Positions 59,150-64,000 of a stretch of 64,000 nt of DNA are shown piece after piece. A program made the position numbers and the translations under genes. The notes under the pieces are model-generated. The model had not been told where the DNA came from and searched no databases. It saw only the letters and a program-made list of their open reading frames with translations. The stretch is taken from positions 2,151,419 to 2,215,418 of the forward strand of contig NW_003314275.1 in assembly GCF_000143415.4 (NCBI RefSeq). The letters run 5' to 3'. The stretch is from Selaginella moellendorffii (Eukaryota; Plantae; Lycopodiophyta). Numbering within the stretch: position 1 is the stretch's first letter; each line of letters begins with the position of its first letter.

Positions 59150-61190
59150 AATCCTTGGATTTCGAGGAGTGAGGTTGTTCTAGCCCACAAAGCCGCTGAT
59201 ACACGTTTATAGTGGCTGCGTAACTGTCGTAGAGAACAGTGTCCACAGTCCTTGCCCGACACCATTGTTGGAGGGCTTGCCATGTTCAGTATCCAAGGGT
59301 CCTCAATTAGCTCGGTGGGCCGGGAGTCCAAGTCCAGCCCAAGGGAAGTAGTTGAACACCGAAGATCGTGCCACCACCACCATCAATTCGGGAGGGATGT
59401 TGAGCTCGTGCAGGCGTTGACAGAGTTTGCTGCGTAGCACTTGATCAAATGCATTTGGCAATGTCGACGTAACAAGCATACACATGGATTCTGGCAGAGC
59501 TTGTCGAGAGTGATCTGCACACGAATAATGCAGGCGAAAGCCAGCCGGGCCTGTGGTTCAGCATCCCTGGAATTCTGCCCATGGGACAAGTCGTTTCTCA
59601 AACCACCAGTTTTTAGGGATCATAATTGTGCGGTAATTGGTCATCTCGTTAAGAGGATCGGATTCGGGTTCAGCATTTGCAAAGGTTAAACCGCGAATCT
59701 GTAGACATCGGCCACCTGTCGTCGAGGAAGTCTGTGAATGGCATCCTTCATCTCGGACCATCCTTCAATTCACACAGCTGGCAAATGTGCTGGATCCAAG
59801 CGTCCACGTCCTTGACAATCACCTGCGGGCTGTGTCGCACTTGACAAACTTGTCAGATGTTGACGAGCTTGGCGTTGGGCTCAAGCCCTCGCGACATTCC
59901 GAAACGGAGCTGCCATGCTCTTGGCTGTGGGAAGGCCATATTGTGCATGCAAACTGCGACACTCCTGAAACCTCAAGTGGGAATGTAGATGCTCCATACA
60001 TCTTTGTTGTCTGGCATAATGGGAGGAGTTTGTGCCCATTCTTGCATCGAACTTGTCTAAACTGTGGCAGATCCAGCGCGCCATGTGGTGGTGTTCGCCT
60101 TCCTGCTCAGCATGAGCGGCTTGATATGAGCTCGTGCGGCTGTTGATATCCCCCGCAAATATCACTGTCGCATTCGTGCTTCAAGCCGCAGTACAGGATG
60201 CTAAGGCGGATGATTTGCGACATATGTTTCTTGCAGTGACAGAGGAGGTTCTGTACTTGATTCTTTTGATCTTTTTCATCTCTCATCACTGCTTTTATTT
60301 ATTCTGCTAGGGCCACAAAGGAGAAGGCGTGACATAATCCGGTGATCAACACCGCCGTGAGGAGGCACAGCGGATGTTGTTCTCCTCGTCTTGGTATTGC
60401 TTCGATCGAGTGACGACGTGGTCCTTAGTGTAGACGAGACTTCCAGTTCCGGGCTCTAGGAATCCGGGTAAATCTGGGTGCTGGTGTTCCCAGGTTTCTA
60501 CAAGGCAGATGAGATGGTACTCTAGTCGCATGGCAGTTCCAGACCAGTTGGGCCTCTTGCGCTCAGTGGGAAACGATTGGAGATTGGTTTACCGCCTGGT
60601 CGCGCTTCATCCTTATCTTTACGCAAGCAGTGTGGATGTCGCAAACTCCGGGAAGGGTCTGGAGGGTGGTGAATGTTGGCGAGGCGATTGTCGTAAAAGC
60701 TGGTGGTAGCTTGAGTCGCTTGGGTGGAGTGGCCTGAGTAGCTAGGGAACGCGAGGCTTGAGTCGCTGGAGTGGCCTCGAGCGGCGTCTCCTCTCCTTAT
60801 AGGGTGAGGCCAGTCCCGAGCGGTGTCGGTGTCGATGAGGAGAGGAGATCTGGGCAGCTACGTGTACGTAGCCGCCCCAATTTGCGAAAAGCTACCGAGT
60901 GTGCACCTCGGAGATTCTTTATCAGGGAAGCCGTCTGTGAGAGTACGTGCGCTTGCGGCTTGCTTTACGTTGAGCGTCCTGTGGCGGTGAGTGGGTTGGC
61001 GGCCATACTTGATGTGCAAGCATGTTTGCGGACCAGAACCTTAATCTAGACCAACTCGGCCACTTTCACAAACTGAAGTCCGAGAAATTCGCGTTTTGGA
61101 ACATACAGCGCCAGCCGAGAACGTCCTGTCGCTTAAAGCTGGGATCGATGATTCATTGATCCGCAAGACAAGACTGAAATACTCCGTCGA
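59150..61190 (-). mobile_element. decayed LINE, copy 2 (co-duplicated)
   Basis: YHLICLVETW, GDINSRT, ESDPLNEMTNYRTIMI, AFDQVLRSKLCQRL; collinear with 54690-57188. Confidence 0.8.
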
Positions 61191-61528
61191 CGGAAGTGAC
61201 GATGGTAAGAACACGAGCAGGAGTTAAGCTAAAGTAGAGTGTTCGCTTTGATGAGCTCTGGCAAGTTATGAGCGATAGATCTCCTTTCAGTTCCAAAACC
61301 ACAAGCTTGTTATCTCGTTATTTCTCTCGTTCTCTCGTTCTTTCTTTTAAGTGCAGCTAAGCAGGATGTACCAAGTTATATATCTAGACGAACTGATGCT
61401 GTACGTAAATGGGCATATGCCAGGTATCGATCACTTAACACAAGAAGTTATAAACTACAAAGTTATATCTATCTTTACTGGCCAGCCAGAGGAACAAAAA
61501 TTTACAGATTGGATTTATCCCAGGTCAC

Positions 61529-62271
61529 CTACATCATGTTAAAAACTGGCGTCTTGATGAAGGATTCCGTGAGCACCAGAGCGAGGAAGCCAAGCATGGC
61601 AGTCCGCCCATTCCAGCGCTCCGCCATGGCATTAAATGGGCCCAAAGCTCTGCTATCGGGGCTCTCCCCCTTAAACATGGGAACCAGCGATGCATACGCA
61701 AAGAGCTGTGCCACCATCAAGAAGTTAAACAAGCCAAAGTTGCCTGGCGCGTAGAGCTGCTCGAACACCGTTTGTCCCGTTATTCTCTCCACAGCAAATG
61801 CCCACACAATTCCAACCATGGCCTGTATCAATGGAAAAAAATCTAATAACAAGGCCACGGATCCAGGAACGAGGAACTTACCAGTCTGCCATTGATCGTC
61901 TCTGGGCCAGCGCCATCAAATGCCATCAAGCTGGGGAACGATCGATCGCCAGTCTCTGGCCGCCTCTCGATCTCCGGCCTCGGCCACATTGCTCCGGACG
62001 ATGGCACAGCTCCAAACACGGACTTCTTCTCCGACTCATTCTCTGCCTGGTTCTTGAGCACACCCTCGCGGCTAATATTCTTCTTGGTCTGGTCCAGAAC
62101 GCTGCTGATGCCATCGCCTCCTGCAGGACCTTTGTCCGAGGAAGCTCTCACTGGCAGCAAGAATCCCAAGGAGCGAGTAGATCGGGACTTGTGAGCGGAG
62201 GCTCCTCCCAGAGGAGTTTTAGAGAGGGAGGAAGGGAGTGCCGCAAGGCTGCTGCTTGTGGCTAGGGCCAT
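61529..62271 (-). CDS. ELIP: ELIP copy 3
   Basis: Same structure, intact frame, TAG stop. Confidence 0.88.
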
Positions 62272-63449
62272 GTTGCTCAGGACTAAAAGCTACAAATATT
62301 TGGACCTGCAAAACACTTCAAATGAATTGGATCACTCAAATCGAATGTGAATCGCAGGATGGCTATACTGTTCTCGGTGCTGGAATTTATAAGAATCGGG
62401 GACCACACGTGGCAAGATCCCTGCCATTGTAGTGTCACCAAAGCATCTCTTATGTGTCGTAAGGTGGCGCGCCTTTACCGTGAACACTATTAAGGACGAT
62501 GTTACTAGGTAATCTTTCAGCCGCAAGTCAAATGGGGCTTGCCACTTTGGCATCTCCTTATCAGTACGCGTACTCACCACATCAACTGAAGACCCTAAGT
62601 TTCCATTCTTGTGTTCAAGACCACATAAAGTTTGATAGCATTTTTGGCAAATCGAATCCCGGCGCCTCTTGCCCAAAACTTTGCGAGAGCACACATGCTG
62701 CATGGCACGTTTCTCCTTCTGGTACTGTAAGCGTGGCATGTTCCAGTCCATTCATTTTCTGATCCGTTGATAATGTGCGGCCACGGAGGAGAGACAGAGA
62801 GAGGATCCAGATTTCTGGGTACGGGAGAATTCTTAATTTGCAAAGCTTGGTTAAATTGGATGATTGATGCGAACTTGGTTGGAAATCTTCATACCTTGTG
62901 AACCAAGCAGTTAAAGTTTATAATAATATGGCTTTTTTGGGATATTAGAATCAAACTAAGAAGTGTAACGACAATTTCAAACCTGGTACAGCAAGAACAA
63001 GCATTTCGAATTGTTCCACTTACTCTTCAGGGAGCAAATTGAACATGAAAAAGATCAAACTCAAGCATATGCAGCAGTTCCGTTTATGACTCTTATGGAC
63101 AGCTGTTTAAAATCTAGTTCAGTGTTTGCTCAAGAATTAAGAGTTACTTGGATTTCTATGTTTCCAATAATAAAGATTGGAGGCGGCTCCAAGTTTGTGA
63201 AGCTGGCACGGATTAACTTGACGAGGTGGTCTGCTAGATCGTGAAAAGCAGATTAAAAAAATGTAATCATATAGATAATATTTACATCATGTTAAAAACT
63301 GAGTGAAATTCGGCCAGCTCTCGAATGCAATCACGTTCCATTTGGAGACCCGTTTTAAGCTCATGTTTGCAAGGTAGACGCAATAAAATTAAAACTGTGT
63401 TATAACATAAATTTAATGAGCAAAAATTTACAGACTCTGAGGCTGACAC

Positions 63450-64000
63450 TTACATCATGTTAAAAACTGGGGTCTTGGTGAAGAATTCCGTGATCACCAA
63501 AGCCAAGAAGCCAAGCATGGCAGTCCGCCCATTCCAGCGCTCCGCCATGGCTCTAAACGGGCCCAATGATCGGCTATCGGGGCTCTCTCCCTTAAACATG
63601 GGAACCAGCGACGCGTAAGCAAAGAGCTGTGCGACCGCCAAGAAGTTAAACAAGCCAAAGTTGCCTGGCGTGTAGAGCTGCTCGGCCACCGTTTGTCCCG
63701 TCATTCGCTCCACCGCAAATGCCCATAAGATTCCAACCATAGCCTGTGACGATAACATCAACGGAAAGAACAAGGAACTCCAGGAACTTTGGAGAAGGGA
63801 TGAACTTACCAGTCTGCCATTGATTGTCTCGGGACCAGCGCCATCGAATGCCATCAAGCTCGCGAACGACCGATCACCCGTCTCTGGCCGCCTCTCAATC
63901 TCAGGCCTCGGCCATAATGCTCCGGACGATGGCACCGCTCCAAACACGGACCTCTTCTCCGACTCGTTCTCTGCCTGGTTCTTAAGCACATCCTCGCGGG
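63450..64000 (-). CDS. ELIP: ELIP copy 4 (more divergent; 5' end beyond the window)
   Basis: ETINGRL|AMVGILWAFAVERMTG..AERWNGRTAMLG; different intron sequence. Confidence 0.88.
   Translation of the reverse strand, partial: REDVLKNQAENESEKRSVFGAVPSSGALWPRPEIERRPETGDRSFASLMAFDGAGPETINGRLVSSSLLQSSWSSLFFPLMLSSQAMVGILWAFAVERMTGQTVAEQLYTPGNFGLFNFLAVAQLFAYASLVPMFKGESPDSRSLGPFRAMAERWNGRTAMLGFLALVITEFFTKTPVFNMM

Noticed and set aside
63282-63301. 20-bp copy of the ELIP stop region (TTACATCATGTTAAAAACTG)
   Set aside because: Too short to call a gene relic; likely a local micro-duplication

Overview
Eukaryotic plant nuclear DNA. Compact genes, introns of about 50-70 bp, SS-rich PLS-type PPR genes and a ciliary DZIP1/Iguana homolog point to a seed-free plant with flagellate sperm, most likely the lycophyte Selaginella (inference, not verified). 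Layout: (i) 0.3-3.8 kb holds SPT2, a Pro-rich ORF and a conserved plant protein. (ii) 4-28 kb is a transposon nest: three decayed copies of a coiled-coil gene, a foldback element, and a MULE-like element with long TIRs. That MULE is filled by an old LTR element, which in turn received a young full-length non-coding LTR element (TSD GCCAT), a same-family solo LTR (TSD TTCAT) and a 5S-rRNA-bearing Cassandra-like solo LTR (TSD TAGCA). (iii) 28.5-31.4 kb holds the MFL1 carrier, a mini tomosyn-type SNARE with a hydrophobic N-terminus and a CorA/MRS2-like gene. (iv) 31.5-39.9 kb is AT-rich, with two more Cassandra-like elements and a decayed Ty3/gypsy element. (v) 39.9-52.7 kb holds PPR, PEX7, PPR, INCENP, DZIP1-like and tRNA-Ala(CGC). 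(vi) 52.8-64 kb is a tandem ELIP array with co-duplicated LINE relics. Highlights: 5S-promoter Cassandra-like TRIMs, a LARD-like family sharing their LTR end/PBS/PPT signals and carrying twin tRNA T-arm/B-box hairpins, and the stand-alone tomosyn-type SNARE. All alignments were made by eye; coordinates of decayed elements are approximate.
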